Positions 1-13,031 of a stretch of 64,000 bases of DNA are shown here, in pieces (the stretch's first letter is position 1; each line of letters opens with the position of its first letter). Under the pieces are notes generated by a model, which saw only the letters and a program-made list of their open reading frames with translations, was not told the DNA's origin and did no database searches. Source of the DNA: Naegleria gruberi (Eukaryota); assembly GCA_000004985.1 (NCBI GenBank), contig GG738894.1; one strand, given 5' to 3'. The position numbers were made by a program, and so were the translations under genes.

Positions 1-3000
1 NNNNNNNNNNNNNNNNNNNNNNNNNNNNNNNNNNNNNNNNNNNNNNNNNNNNNNNNNNNNNNNNNNNNNNNNNNNNNNNNNNNNNNNNNNNNNNNNNNNN
101 NNNNNNNNNNNNNNNNNNNNNNNNNNNNNNNNNNNNNNNNNNNNNNNNNNNNNNNNNNNNNNNNNNNNNNNNNNNNNNNNNNNNNNNNNNNNNNNNNNNN
201 NNNNNNNNNNNNNNNNNNNNNNNNNNNNNNNNNNNNNNNNNNNNNNNNNNNNNNNNNNNNNNNNNNNNNNNNNNNNNNNNNNNNNNNNNNNNNNNNNNNN
301 NNNNNNNNNNNNNNNNNNNNNNNNNNNNNNNNNNNNNNNNNNNNNNNNNNNNNNNNNNNNNNNNNNNNNNNNNNNNNNNNNNNNNNNNNNNNNNNNNNNN
401 NNNNNNNNNNNNNNNNNNNNNNNNNNNNNNNNNNNNNNNNNNNNNNNNNNNNNNNNNNNNNNNNNNNNNNNNNNNNNNNNNNNNNNNNNNNNNNNNNNNN
501 NNNNNNNNNNNNNNNNNNNNNNNNNNNNNNNNNNNNNNNNNNNNNNNNNNNNNNNNNNNNNNNNNNNNNNNNNNNNNNNNNNNNNNNNNNNNNNNNNNNN
601 NNNNNNNNNNNNNNNNNNNNNNNNNNNNNNNNNNNNNNNNNNNNNNNNNNNNNNNNNNNNNNNNNNNNNNNNNNNNNNNNNNNNNNNNNNNNNNNNNNNN
701 NNNNNNNNNNNNNNNNNNNNNNNNNNNNNNNNNNNNNNNNNNNNNNNNNNNNNNNNNNNNNNNNNNNNNNNNNNNNNNNNNNNNNNNNNNNNNNNNNNNN
801 NNNNNNNNNNNNNNNNNNNNNNNNNNNNNNNNNNNNNNNNNNNNNNNNNNNNNNNNNNNNNNNNNNNNNNNNNNNNNNNNNNNNNNNNNNNNNNNNNNNN
901 NNNNNNNNNNNNNNNNNNNNNNNNNNNNNNNNNNNNNNNNNNNNNNNNNNNNNNNNNNNNNNNNNNNNNNNNNNNNNNNNNNNNNNNNNNNNNNNNNNNN
1001 NNNNNNNNNNNNNNNNNNNNNNNNNNNNNNNNNNNNNNNNNNNNNNNNNNNNNNNNNNNNNNNNNNNNNNNNNNNNNNNNNNNNNNNNNNNNNNNNNNNN
1101 NNNNNNNNNNNNNNNNNNNNNNNNNNNNNNNNNNNNNNNNNNNNNNNNNNNNNNNNNNNNNNNNNNNNNNNNNNNNNNNNNNNNNNNNNNNNNNNNNNNN
1201 NNNNNNNNNNNNNNNNNNNNNNNNNNNNNNNNNNNNNNNNNNNNNNNNNNNNNNNNNNNNNNNNNNNNNNNNNNNNNNNNNNNNNNNNNNNNNNNNNNNN
1301 NNNNNNNNNNNNNNNNNNNNNNNNNNNNNNNNNNNNNNNNNNNNNNNNNNNNNNNNNNNNNNNNNNNNNNNNNNNNNNNNNNNNNNNNNNNNNNNNNNNN
1401 NNNNNNNNNNNNNNNNNNNNNNNNNNNNNNNNNNNNNNNNNNNNNNNNNNNNNNNNNNNNNNNNNNNNNNNNNNNNNNNNNNNNNNNNNNNNNNNNNNNN
1501 NNNNNNNNNNNNNNNNNNNNNNNNNNNNNNNNNNNNNNNNNNNNNNNNNNNNNNNNNNNNNNNNNNNNNNNNNNNNNNNNNNNNNNNNNNNNNNNNNNNN
1601 NNNNNNNNNNNNNNNNNNNNNNNNNNNNNNNNNNNNNNNNNNNNNNNNNNNNNNNNNNNNNNNNNNNNNNNNNNNNNNNNNNNNNNNNNNNNNNNNNNNN
1701 NNNNNNNNNNNNNNNNNNNNNNNNNNNNNNNNNNNNNNNNNNNNNNNNNNNNNNNNNNNNNNNNNNNNNNNNNNNNNNNNNNNNNNNNNNNNNNNNNNNN
1801 NNNNNNNNNNNNNNNNNNNNNNNNNNNNNNNNNNNNNNNNNNNNNNNNNNNNNNNNNNNNNNNNNNNNNNNNNNNNNNNNNNNNNNNNNNNNNNNNNNNN
1901 NNNNNNNNNNNNNNNNNNNNNNNNNNNNNNNNNNNNNNNNNNNNNNNNNNNNNNNNNNNNNNNNNNNNNNNNNNNNNNNNNNNNNNNNNNNNNNNNNNNN
2001 NNNNNNNNNNNNNNNNNNNNNNNNNNNNNNNNNNNNNNNNNNNNNNNNNNNNNNNNNNNNNNNNNNNNNNNNNNNNNNNNNNNNNNNNNNNNNNNNNNNN
2101 NNNNNNNNNNNNNNNNNNNNNNNNNNNNNNNNNNNNNNNNNNNNNNNNNNNNNNNNNNNNNNNNNNNNNNNNNNNNNNNNNNNNNNNNNNNNNNNNNNNN
2201 NNNNNNNNNNNNNNNNNNNNNNNNNNNNNNNNNNNNNNNNNNNNNNNNNNNNNNNNNNNNNNNNNNNNNNNNNNNNNNNNNNNNNNNNNNNNNNNNNNNN
2301 NNNNNNNNNNNNNNNNNNNNNNNNNNNNNNNNNNNNNNNNNNNNNNNNNNNNNNNNNNNNNNNNNNNNNNNNNNNNNNNNNNNNNNNNNNNNNNNNNNNN
2401 NNNNNNNNNNNNNNNNNNNNNNNNNNNNNNNNNNNNNNNNNNNNNNNNNNNNNNNNNNNNNNNNNNNNNNNNNNNNNNNNNNNNNNNNNNNNNNNNNNNN
2501 NNNNNNNNNNNNNNNNNNNNNNNNNNNNNNNNNNNNNNNNNNNNNNNNNNNNNNNNNNNNNNNNNNNNNNNNNNNNNNNNNNNNNNNNNNNNNNNNNNNN
2601 NNNNNNNNNNNNNNNNNNNNNNNNNNNNNNNNNNNNNNNNNNNNNNNNNNNNNNNNNNNNNNNNNNNNNNNNNNNNNNNNNNNNNNNNNNNNNNNNNNNN
2701 NNNNNNNNNNNNNNNNNNNNNNNNNNNNNNNNNNNNNNNNNNNNNNNNNNNNNNNNNNNNNNNNNNNNNNNNNNNNNNNNNNNNNNNNNNNNNNNNNNNN
2801 NNNNNNNNNNNNNNNNNNNNNNNNNNNNNNNNNNNNNNNNNNNNNNNNNNNNNNNNNNNNNNNNNNNNNNNNNNNNNNNNNNNNNNNNNNNNNNNNNNNN
2901 NNNNNNNNNNNNNNNNNNNNNNNNNNNNNNNNNNNNNNNNNNNNNNNNNNNNNNNNNNNNNNNNNNNNNNNNNNNNNNNNNNNNNNNNNNNNNNNNNNNN

Positions 3001-6000
3001 NNNNNNNNNNNNNNNNNNNNNNNNNNNNNNNNNNNNNNNNNNNNNNNNNNNNNNNNNNNNNNNNNNNNNNNNNNNNNNNNNNNNNNNNNNNNNNNNNNNN
3101 NNNNNNNNNNNNNNNNNNNNNNNNNNNNNNNNNNNNNNNNNNNNNNNNNNNNNNNNNNNNNNNNNNNNNNNNNNNNNNNNNNNNNNNNNNNNNNNNNNNN
3201 NNNNNNNNNNNNNNNNNNNNNNNNNNNNNNNNNNNNNNNNNNNNNNNNNNNNNNNNNNNNNNNNNNNNNNNNNNNNNNNNNNNNNNNNNNNNNNNNNNNN
3301 NNNNNNNNNNNNNNNNNNNNNNNNNNNNNNNNNNNNNNNNNNNNNNNNNNNNNNNNNNNNNNNNNNNNNNNNNNNNNNNNNNNNNNNNNNNNNNNNNNNN
3401 NNNNNNNNNNNNNNNNNNNNNNNNNNNNNNNNNNNNNNNNNNNNNNNNNNNNNNNNNNNNNNNNNNNNNNNNNNNNNNNNNNNNNNNNNNNNNNNNNNNN
3501 NNNNNNNNNNNNNNNNNNNNNNNNNNNNNNNNNNNNNNNNNNNNNNNNNNNNNNNNNNNNNNNNNNNNNNNNNNNNNNNNNNNNNNNNNNNNNNNNNNNN
3601 NNNNNNNNNNNNNNNNNNNNNNNNNNNNNNNNNNNNNNNNNNNNNNNNNNNNNNNNNNNNNNNNNNNNNNNNNNNNNNNNNNNNNNNNNNNNNNNNNNNN
3701 NNNNNNNNNNNNNNNNNNNNNNNNNNNNNNNNNNNNNNNNNNNNNNNNNNNNNNNNNNNNNNNNNNNNNNNNNNNNNNNNNNNNNNNNNNNNNNNNNNNN
3801 NNNNNNNNNNNNNNNNNNNNNNNNNNNNNNNNNNNNNNNNNNNNNNNNNNNNNNNNNNNNNNNNNNNNNNNNNNNNNNNNNNNNNNNNNNNNNNNNNNNN
3901 NNNNNNNNNNNNNNNNNNNNNNNNNNNNNNNNNNNNNNNNNNNNNNNNNNNNNNNNNNNNNNNNNNNNNNNNNNNNNNNNNNNNNNNNNNNNNNNNNNNN
4001 NNNNNNNNNNNNNNNNNNNNNNNNNNNNNNNNNNNNNNNNNNNNNNNNNNNNNNNNNNNNNNNNNNNNNNNNNNNNNNNNNNNNNNNNNNNNNNNNNNNN
4101 NNNNNNNNNNNNNNNNNNNNNNNNNNNNNNNNNNNNNNNNNNNNNNNNNNNNNNNNNNNNNNNNNNNNNNNNNNNNNNNNNNNNNNNNNNNNNNNNNNNN
4201 NNNNNNNNNNNNNNNNNNNNNNNNNNNNNNNNNNNNNNNNNNNNNNNNNNNNNNNNNNNNNNNNNNNNNNNNNNNNNNNNNNNNNNNNNNNNNNNNNNNN
4301 NNNNNNNNNNNNNNNNNNNNNNNNNNNNNNNNNNNNNNNNNNNNNNNNNNNNNNNNNNNNNNNNNNNNNNNNNNNNNNNNNNNNNNNNNNNNNNNNNNNN
4401 NNNNNNNNNNNNNNNNNNNNNNNNNNNNNNNNNNNNNNNNNNNNNNNNNNNNNNNNNNNNNNNNNNNNNNNNNNNNNNNNNNNNNNNNNNNNNNNNNNNN
4501 NNNNNNNNNNNNNNNNNNNNNNNNNNNNNNNNNNNNNNNNNNNNNNNNNNNNNNNNNNNNNNNNNNNNNNNNNNNNNNNNNNNNNNNNNNNNNNNNNNNN
4601 NNNNNNNNNNNNNNNNNNNNNNNNNNNNNNNNNNNNNNNNNNNNNNNNNNNNNNNNNNNNNNNNNNNNNNNNNNNNNNNNNNNNNNNNNNNNNNNNNNNN
4701 NNNNNNNNNNNNNNNNNNNNNNNNNNNNNNNNNNNNNNNNNNNNNNNNNNNNNNNNNNNNNNNNNNNNNNNNNNNNNNNNNNNNNNNNNNNNNNNNNNNN
4801 NNNNNNNNNNNNNNNNNNNNNNNNNNNNNNNNNNNNNNNNNNNNNNNNNNNNNNNNNNNNNNNNNNNNNNNNNNNNNNNNNNNNNNNNNNNNNNNNNNNN
4901 NNNNNNNNNNNNNNNNNNNNNNNNNNNNNNNNNNNNNNNNNNNNNNNNNNNNNNNNNNNNNNNNNNNNNNNNNNNNNNNNNNNNNNNNNNNNNNNNNNNN
5001 NNNNNNNNNNNNNNNNNNNNNNNNNNNNNNNNNNNNNNNNNNNNNNNNNNNNNNNNNNNNNNNNNNNNNNNNNNNNNNNNNNNNNNNNNNNNNNNNNNNN
5101 NNNNNNNNNNNNNNNNNNNNNNNNNNNNNNNNNNNNNNNNNNNNNNNNNNNNNNNNNNNNNNNNNNNNNNNNNNNNNNNNNNNNNNNNNNNNNNNNNNNN
5201 NNNNNNNNNNNNNNNNNNNNNNNNNNNNNNNNNNNNNNNNNNNNNNNNNNNNNNNNNNNNNNNNNNNNNNNNNNNNNNNNNNNNNNNNNNNNNNNNNNNN
5301 NNNNNNNNNNNNNNNNNNNNNNNNNNNNNNNNNNNNNNNNNNNNNNNNNNNNNNNNNNNNNNNNNNNNNNNNNNNNNNNNNNNNNNNNNNNNNNNNNNNN
5401 NNNNNNNNNNNNNNNNNNNNNNNNNNNNNNNNNNNNNNNNNNNNNNNNNNNNNNNNNNNNNNNNNNNNNNNNNNNNNNNNNNNNNNNNNNNNNNNNNNNN
5501 NNNNNNNNNNNNNNNNNNNNNNNNNNNNNNNNNNNNNNNNNNNNNNNNNNNNNNNNNNNNNNNNNNNNNNNNNNNNNNNNNNNNNNNNNNNNNNNNNNNN
5601 NNNNNNNNNNNNNNNNNNNNNNNNNNNNNNNNNNNNNNNNNNNNNNNNNNNNNNNNNNNNNNNNNNNNNNNNNNNNNNNNNNNNNNNNNNNNNNNNNNNN
5701 NNNNNNNNNNNNNNNNNNNNNNNNNNNNNNNNNNNNNNNNNNNNNNNNNNNNNNNNNNNNNNNNNNNNNNNNNNNNNNNNNNNNNNNNNNNNNNNNNNNN
5801 NNNNNNNNNNNNNNNNNNNNNNNNNNNNNNNNNNNNNNNNNNNNNNNNNNNNNNNNNNNNNNNNNNNNNNNNNNNNNNNNNNNNNNNNNNNNNNNNNNNN
5901 NNNNNNNNNNNNNNNNNNNNNNNNNNNNNNNNNNNNNNNNNNNNNNNNNNNNNNNNNNNNNNNNNNNNNNNNNNNNNNNNNNNNNNNNNNNNNNNNNNNN

Positions 6001-9000
6001 NNNNNNNNNNNNNNNNNNNNNNNNNNNNNNNNNNNNNNNNNNNNNNNNNNNNNNNNNNNNNNNNNNNNNNNNNNNNNNNNNNNNNNNNNNNNNNNNNNNN
6101 NNNNNNNNNNNNNNNNNNNNNNNNNNNNNNNNNNNNNNNNNNNNNNNNNNNNNNNNNNNNNNNNNNNNNNNNNNNNNNNNNNNNNNNNNNNNNNNNNNNN
6201 NNNNNNNNNNNNNNNNNNNNNNNNNNNNNNNNNNNNNNNNNNNNNNNNNNNNNNNNNNNNNNNNNNNNNNNNNNNNNNNNNNNNNNNNNNNNNNNNNNNN
6301 NNNNNNNNNNNNNNNNNNNNNNNNNNNNNNNNNNNNNNNNNNNNNNNNNNNNNNNNNNNNNNNNNNNNNNNNNNNNNNNNNNNNNNNNNNNNNNNNNNNN
6401 NNNNNNNNNNNNNNNNNNNNNNNNNNNNNNNNNNNNNNNNNNNNNNNNNNNNNNNNNNNNNNNNNNNNNNNNNNNNNNNNNNNNNNNNNNNNNNNNNNNN
6501 NNNNNNNNNNNNNNNNNNNNNNNNNNNNNNNNNNNNNNNNNNNNNNNNNNNNNNNNNNNNNNNNNNNNNNNNNNNNNNNNNNNNNNNNNNNNNNNNNNNN
6601 NNNNNNNNNNNNNNNNNNNNNNNNNNNNNNNNNNNNNNNNNNNNNNNNNNNNNNNNNNNNNNNNNNNNNNNNNNNNNNNNNNNNNNNNNNNNNNNNNNNN
6701 NNNNNNNNNNNNNNNNNNNNNNNNNNNNNNNNNNNNNNNNNNNNNNNNNNNNNNNNNNNNNNNNNNNNNNNNNNNNNNNNNNNNNNNNNNNNNNNNNNNN
6801 NNNNNNNNNNNNNNNNNNNNNNNNNNNNNNNNNNNNNNNNNNNNNNNNNNNNNNNNNNNNNNNNNNNNNNNNNNNNNNNNNNNNNNNNNNNNNNNNNNNN
6901 NNNNNNNNNNNNNNNNNNNNNNNNNNNNNNNNNNNNNNNNNNNNNNNNNNNNNNNNNNNNNNNNNNNNNNNNNNNNNNNNNNNNNNNNNNNNNNNNNNNN
7001 NNNNNNNNNNNNNNNNNNNNNNNNNNNNNNNNNNNNNNNNNNNNNNNNNNNNNNNNNNNNNNNNNNNNNNNNNNNNNNNNNNNNNNNNNNNNNNNNNNNN
7101 NNNNNNNNNNNNNNNNNNNNNNNNNNNNNNNNNNNNNNNNNNNNNNNNNNNNNNNNNNNNNNNNNNNNNNNNNNNNNNNNNNNNNNNNNNNNNNNNNNNN
7201 NNNNNNNNNNNNNNNNNNNNNNNNNNNNNNNNNNNNNNNNNNNNNNNNNNNNNNNNNNNNNNNNNNNNNNNNNNNNNNNNNNNNNNNNNNNNNNNNNNNN
7301 NNNNNNNNNNNNNNNNNNNNNNNNNNNNNNNNNNNNNNNNNNNNNNNNNNNNNNNNNNNNNNNNNNNNNNNNNNNNNNNNNNNNNNNNNNNNNNNNNNNN
7401 NNNNNNNNNNNNNNNNNNNNNNNNNNNNNNNNNNNNNNNNNNNNNNNNNNNNNNNNNNNNNNNNNNNNNNNNNNNNNNNNNNNNNNNNNNNNNNNNNNNN
7501 NNNNNNNNNNNNNNNNNNNNNNNNNNNNNNNNNNNNNNNNNNNNNNNNNNNNNNNNNNNNNNNNNNNNNNNNNNNNNNNNNNNNNNNNNNNNNNNNNNNN
7601 NNNNNNNNNNNNNNNNNNNNNNNNNNNNNNNNNNNNNNNNNNNNNNNNNNNNNNNNNNNNNNNNNNNNNNNNNNNNNNNNNNNNNNNNNNNNNNNNNNNN
7701 NNNNNNNNNNNNNNNNNNNNNNNNNNNNNNNNNNNNNNNNNNNNNNNNNNNNNNNNNNNNNNNNNNNNNNNNNNNNNNNNNNNNNNNNNNNNNNNNNNNN
7801 NNNNNNNNNNNNNNNNNNNNNNNNNNNNNNNNNNNNNNNNNNNNNNNNNNNNNNNNNNNNNNNNNNNNNNNNNNNNNNNNNNNNNNNNNNNNNNNNNNNN
7901 NNNNNNNNNNNNNNNNNNNNNNNNNNNNNNNNNNNNNNNNNNNNNNNNNNNNNNNNNNNNNNNNNNNNNNNNNNNNNNNNNNNNNNNNNNNNNNNNNNNN
8001 NNNNNNNNNNNNNNNNNNNNNNNNNNNNNNNNNNNNNNNNNNNNNNNNNNNNNNNNNNNNNNNNNNNNNNNNNNNNNNNNNNNNNNNNNNNNNNNNNNNN
8101 NNNNNNNNNNNNNNNNNNNNNNNNNNNNNNNNNNNNNNNNNNNNNNNNNNNNNNNNNNNNNNNNNNNNNNNNNNNNNNNNNNNNNNNNNNNNNNNNNNNN
8201 NNNNNNNNNNNNNNNNNNNNNNNNNNNNNNNNNNNNNNNNNNNNNNNNNNNNNNNNNNNNNNNNNNNNNNNNNNNNNNNNNNNNNNNNNNNNNNNNNNNN
8301 NNNNNNNNNNNNNNNNNNNNNNNNNNNNNNNNNNNNNNNNNNNNNNNNNNNNNNNNNNNNNNNNNNNNNNNNNNNNNNNNNNNNNNNNNNNNNNNNNNNN
8401 NNNNNNNNNNNNNNNNNNNNNNNNNNNNNNNNNNNNNNNNNNNNNNNNNNNNNNNNNNNNNNNNNNNNNNNNNNNNNNNNNNNNNNNNNNNNNNNNNNNN
8501 NNNNNNNNNNNNNNNNNNNNNNNNNNNNNNNNNNNNNNNNNNNNNNNNNNNNNNNNNNNNNNNNNNNNNNNNNNNNNNNNNNNNNNNNNNNNNNNNNNNN
8601 NNNNNNNNNNNNNNNNNNNNNNNNNNNNNNNNNNNNNNNNNNNNNNNNNNNNNNNNNNNNNNNNNNNNNNNNNNNNNNNNNNNNNNNNNNNNNNNNNNNN
8701 NNNNNNNNNNNNNNNNNNNNNNNNNNNNNNNNNNNNNNNNNNNNNNNNNNNNNNNNNNNNNNNNNNNNNNNNNNNNNNNNNNNNNNNNNNNNNNNNNNNN
8801 NNNNNNNNNNNNNNNNNNNNNNNNNNNNNNNNNNNNNNNNNNNNNNNNNNNNNNNNNNNNNNNNNNNNNNNNNNNNNNNNNNNNNNNNNNNNNNNNNNNN
8901 NNNNNNNNNNNNNNNNNNNNNNNNNNNNNNNNNNNNNNNNNNNNNNNNNNNNNNNNNNNNNNNNNNNNNNNNNNNNNNNNNNNNNNNNNNNNNNNNNNNN

Positions 9001-9860
9001 NNNNNNNNNNNNNNNNNNNNNNNNNNNNNNNNNNNNNNNNNNNNNNNNNNNNNNNNNNNNNNNNNNNNNNNNNNNNNNNNNNNNNNNNNNNNNNNNNNNN
9101 NNNNNNNNNNNNNNNNNNNNNNNNNNNNNNNNNNNNNNNNNNNNNNNNNNNNNNNNNNNNNNNNNNNNNNNNNNNNNNNNNNNNNNNNNNNNNNNNNNNN
9201 NNNNNNNNNNNNNNNNNNNNNNNNNNNNNNNNNNNNNNNNNNNNNNNNNNNNNNNNNNNNNNNNNNNNNNNNNNNNNNNNNNNNNNNNNNNNNNNNNNNN
9301 NNNNNNNNNNNNNNNNNNNNNNNNNNNNNNNNNNNNNNNNNNNNNNNNNNNNNNNNNNNNNNNNNNNNNNNNNNNNNNNNNNNNNNNNNNNNNNNNNNNN
9401 NNNNNNNNNNNNNNNNNNNNNNNNNNNNNNNNNNNNNNNNNNNNNNNNNNNNNNNNNNNNNNNNNNNNNNNNNNNNNNNNNNNNNNNNNNNNNNNNNNNN
9501 NNNNNNNNNNNNNNNNNNNNNNNNNNNNNNNNNNNNNNNNNNNNNNNNNNNNNNNNNNNNNNNNNNNNNNNNNNNNNNNNNNNNNNNNNNNNNNNNNNNN
9601 NNNNNNNNNNNNNNNNNNNNNNNNNNNNNNNNNNNNNNNNNNNNNNNNNNNNNNNNNNNNNNNNNNNNNNNNNNNNNNNNNNNNNNNNNNNNNNNNNNNN
9701 NNNNNNNNNNNNNNNNNNNNNNNNNNNNNNNNNNNNNNNNNNNNNNNNNNNNNNNNNNNNNNNNNNNNNNNNNNNNNNNNNNNNNNNNNNNNNNNNNNNN
9801 NNNNNNNNNNNNNNNNNNNNNNNNNNNNNNNNNNNNNNNNNNNNNNNNNNNNNNNNNNNN
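1..9860. other. Assembly gap (unbroken run of N)
   Basis: Positions 1-9860 are all n; real sequence starts at 9861. Confidence 1.
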
Positions 9861-11302
9861 TCCTTGACCACTCGAATATTAATACTCAATCTTTTTCTAT
9901 TTCTGATTTTGGTTTTCCTAATTTTGTTCTTTTTGGTTCGAATTGGCACTTTGTCAGACCAATACTCCTCTGTGTCATAGCCAGAGAGACTGGATTCTTC
10001 TTCGGTGGCTTCTTCTAGCTCAGTAAAAATTGTTTCGTTTTGGGATTCGGATTCGGGTATGGTAGTTACATCTTCATTTAGTTGTTTTTCTCTATCGTAC
10101 TGTCCTTTGTCATTTGTTTTTTCTAATTCCAAATCAACCTCAGTTCCCTCTTCATCTGAATCAAACTCATCGTCATCACTCAGTGAGCTATATTCATCAT
10201 CACTCGAAAAGTCTTCTTCACTTTCCGCTCCAGAATAAACCATTTGAGGTTCTGTCTTGTCCAAGTATTGTTGAGATGACAATGAAAATTGTTCTAACTC
10301 TTCTGTCAATTTGCTGTCCCATTTTAACCTTTTCCTTAATTTCTTAGCTACTGGAAGTTTATAAACTATATCACAAAAGTAGTTTTCAAAGTATGAGGAT
10401 GTTAGTTCAATGAGATGGGAGAAATTTTTTACTCCAATATTGTACAACATTAACTCAACTCCTGCCAATATTCTGCCAAGCCTTTTTCTTGTTCTGTCAT
10501 TGTAGCATGAATCATTTGTTCTGACATCAAGTACTTCACTACTATTTGCACTCTGCCTCGAGGTTGTAATAAATTTACTGTTGGGGAAGTTTGACATGTA
10601 CGATTGAGCTGCCAGTAATGTGTATGCTGGATCTACAGTTAACGAAAGTTGTTTCATGTTCATGACAGAATAAACATTTCCATTATTCTTAATAAAGGTT
10701 GAAGGGTGGTCTTTTTCTACAAATTGTGAGAAGTCCATTTCTCCATATTCCAAAGAATAATCAATATTCTCCAAGGCCTTCTTTGGTGCCTTTTTTTTTG
10801 GTGAACCTAATTCAGAAGAAGCAGCTCGTTTATTAGATTCCTGAGGTGTTGGTTCAGAATTTTCTAAAAAAGAAGATGGTAAAAAAGACGACTGGGTGCT
10901 TAATACATCAACATTTGAATCTTGAGTCAAATTGAGTCTTTGGGTATTTGAAATTGGAGATGTGTTATTGAAAGGAGTTGTCACATGTTGAATGTTGACT
11001 CGTTGTTGGAAGTTTGATGTTGGAGTTGTTGTTGTTTCATGTTGACCAATGTTAACTCGTTGTTGAAAGTATCTTACATGATTTGAGGTAGGAATAATGT
11101 GTTGAAGGATAGGTGTTGGACTCGGAGACACCACATAGTTTGGAGAGGTTATGTGGATTGGTATTTGAGATGTGGGTGTTGTGTTGAAGGCTCTGATATT
11201 GGGGCATGTTGCTGGTTGACAACGGAATGGGCTGTAGAGTAAGGGTGATCTGTATGATTGACGTTGGTTGATGATTACCTGATGGTTGACTTGTTGATTC
11301 AT
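9861..11302 (-). CDS. Hypothetical protein, 3' end lost in the gap (Q/T/P-rich N-terminus, acidic C-terminal part)
   Basis: I translated the minus strand by hand from the ATG at 11302 (MNQQVNHQVIINQRQSYRSPLLYSPF...). It stays open for about 480 codons until it meets the N gap (...KIRNRKRLSINIRVVK). It is absent from the ORF track because it has no stop. Track ORFs 10005-10238 and 10114-10347 (+) are its antisense shadows. There is an internal near-repeat (FQQRVNIGQHETTTTPTSN / FQQRVNIQHVTTP). No family was recognised. Confidence 0.6.
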
Positions 11303-11395
11303 TTTTTTGAATTTAAATTGAAACGGCTATATCTATTGAACAACAATTTCCATGTCTTTCTCGCAATTTGAATGATGACTAGACTTGATTGGATC

Positions 11396-12172
11396 TTACA
11401 CTGATGGTAGGGAGATGTAGTTAATTTTCATCCTATGTAACAAAACTTTTTGGCCAAATTTGCACGTGTTGTTGATAAGCTTAACCTGAAAGTTGCCCCA
11501 ATCATCATACTTATCCAAACATGGAAGACAATTCTTGAATCGAAATTGGATACATTCTTCCTTAACTTTAATACCATGCTTCTTAACAACTTGGAACCAT
11601 TGATTGAATACACCATTTGTTTCCTTCAATATCAAGTAAAAGACTGTTGGTAGACATGAACCAAGAGTAAGATGGTGGACTCTACTAGTGTTTCTCATTT
11701 CCAAATGATCATTAATGATAGAACGGGCACACTTGGCAAACATATCCCAAACCACTCTATAAACCTGTTTTACCTCACTTGAAATATCTGTCCAACATTG
11801 ATACTTTGGTGCATATGAATAAACTCCCTTTTCCAAAATAAAATCACACTCCTCATAATCACGTTCATCATCCTCATCCAAAATAACTTTCCTCTTCTTT
11901 GCCTTTGATTTAGATCTTTTTCCACTTGAACTTTGTTTGGTTTGTTCAGATGTTTGAAAGTCGGATGATGTTGAAAGATGAAAAACAAGTGATGGAGAAT
12001 TAGATGACGGAGAAGATGAAGAATTACTACTAATATTGATGCTAGTAAAAGATGGAGCATCAAACATGTCTAAAGTTCCTTCACAGAGTACAGTTTCATG
12101 GTTGTTCATTGTTAGTGTTGTTGATGTATTATGATATTTGTTTTGAGTTGAATTTGGTATGAACAAACGCAT
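11396..12172 (-). CDS. Hypothetical protein (Ser-rich, basic/acidic linker, Cys/Trp-containing C-terminal domain)
   Basis: Track ORF of 258 aa with a true ATG at 12172 and no in-frame interruptions. No recognisable domain. Confidence 0.55.
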   Translation of the reverse strand: MRLFIPNSTQNKYHNTSTTLTMNNHETVLCEGTLDMFDAPSFTSINISSNSSSSPSSNSPSLVFHLSTSSDFQTSEQTKQSSSGKRSKSKAKKRKVILDEDDERDYEECDFILEKGVYSYAPKYQCWTDISSEVKQVYRVVWDMFAKCARSIINDHLEMRNTSRVHHLTLGSCLPTVFYLILKETNGVFNQWFQVVKKHGIKVKEECIQFRFKNCLPCLDKYDDWGNFQVKLINNTCKFGQKVLLHRMKINYISLPSV

Positions 12173-13031
12173 TGTTGTATTTATTCATTTTTTTCAAAAT
12201 GGTTCAAGTTGGTTGTACGGCAACCATTACAGCAACTTGTCGTTTAATAAGAAAAGAGGCTGAAAAATATTGCAGTGAAATATTTTCTCCTCAATGTATT
12301 TATTTATTCTGTATTTCTTCTTTTTACTCCTCAAAAACTGTAATACAATTGATGGTTACTTTAACACATGCTCATTCACTACAGAAACACTCAAAAAAAA
12401 AACTAATTCTTTAATAAGGCTTTTAAAAAGCTTTAGAGATGGCACCTCATTCCCGGCACGCATGGTAATCATGGCCTGTATTCAATCGGTGTTGAATTCA
12501 GTTGTGGAAATCAGAGGATTCCACTGCCAAGCAAGTACTTTTCTGGCATCTCTATGAGGTGCTGATCTGGGCAGCTTTTCTTTTTTCTTATGCTGTATGC
12601 TCCTTTGTCAAGAAGCACAATAGATTTGATAGTGATGACTTGATAAATAGGTGAAGAAGGGAAATTTTCATAAACCGTTATGGTTTGAAAAAACTGACTT
12701 CCACTGTTTACTGGAACAAAATCTACAGAATACAGAATACGGATTCTGTCATTTTGCAAAACATTTTCTGATTAGGGCCAAACTTAATCCTCTAACATGT
12801 TCAACATACTTCTAATTACTGTAAATCACTTGGGTATTGTTTCGGACCGGTAGAACTATTCATGAATATTGGCAACTTCCACCAATCAAAGGATCCATGG
12901 AAGGACGCACCTCTGCGGAGGTTCATTTATGTTATCTTGCAATATCCTGTTCATGTTCAAATGAGACAATTAAATTGGTATATAGGGCAACACAGGAGGC
13001 AACAATAGAAATTAGAAAGGCACCAAAAAAA

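Noticed and set aside
12443-12562. A 9-bp inverted repeat (GCACCTCAT / ATGAGGTGC) enclosing a relatively GC-rich ~110-nt segment in the spacer upstream of the NHL kinase gene; considered as a structured ncRNA.
   Set aside because: No match to any RNA family motif I know (U4, U5 and U6 were compared by eye). A single 9-bp inverted repeat is not compelling, and promoter sequence is an adequate explanation.
12837-13031. The 5' extension of the NHL kinase ORF in the track (TTG start at 12837, with an internal ATG at 12897).
   Set aside because: TTG is not a credible eukaryotic start. The ATG at 13032 is immediately followed by a signal-peptide-like hydrophobic segment, which fits a receptor. The upstream part is probably 5' UTR.
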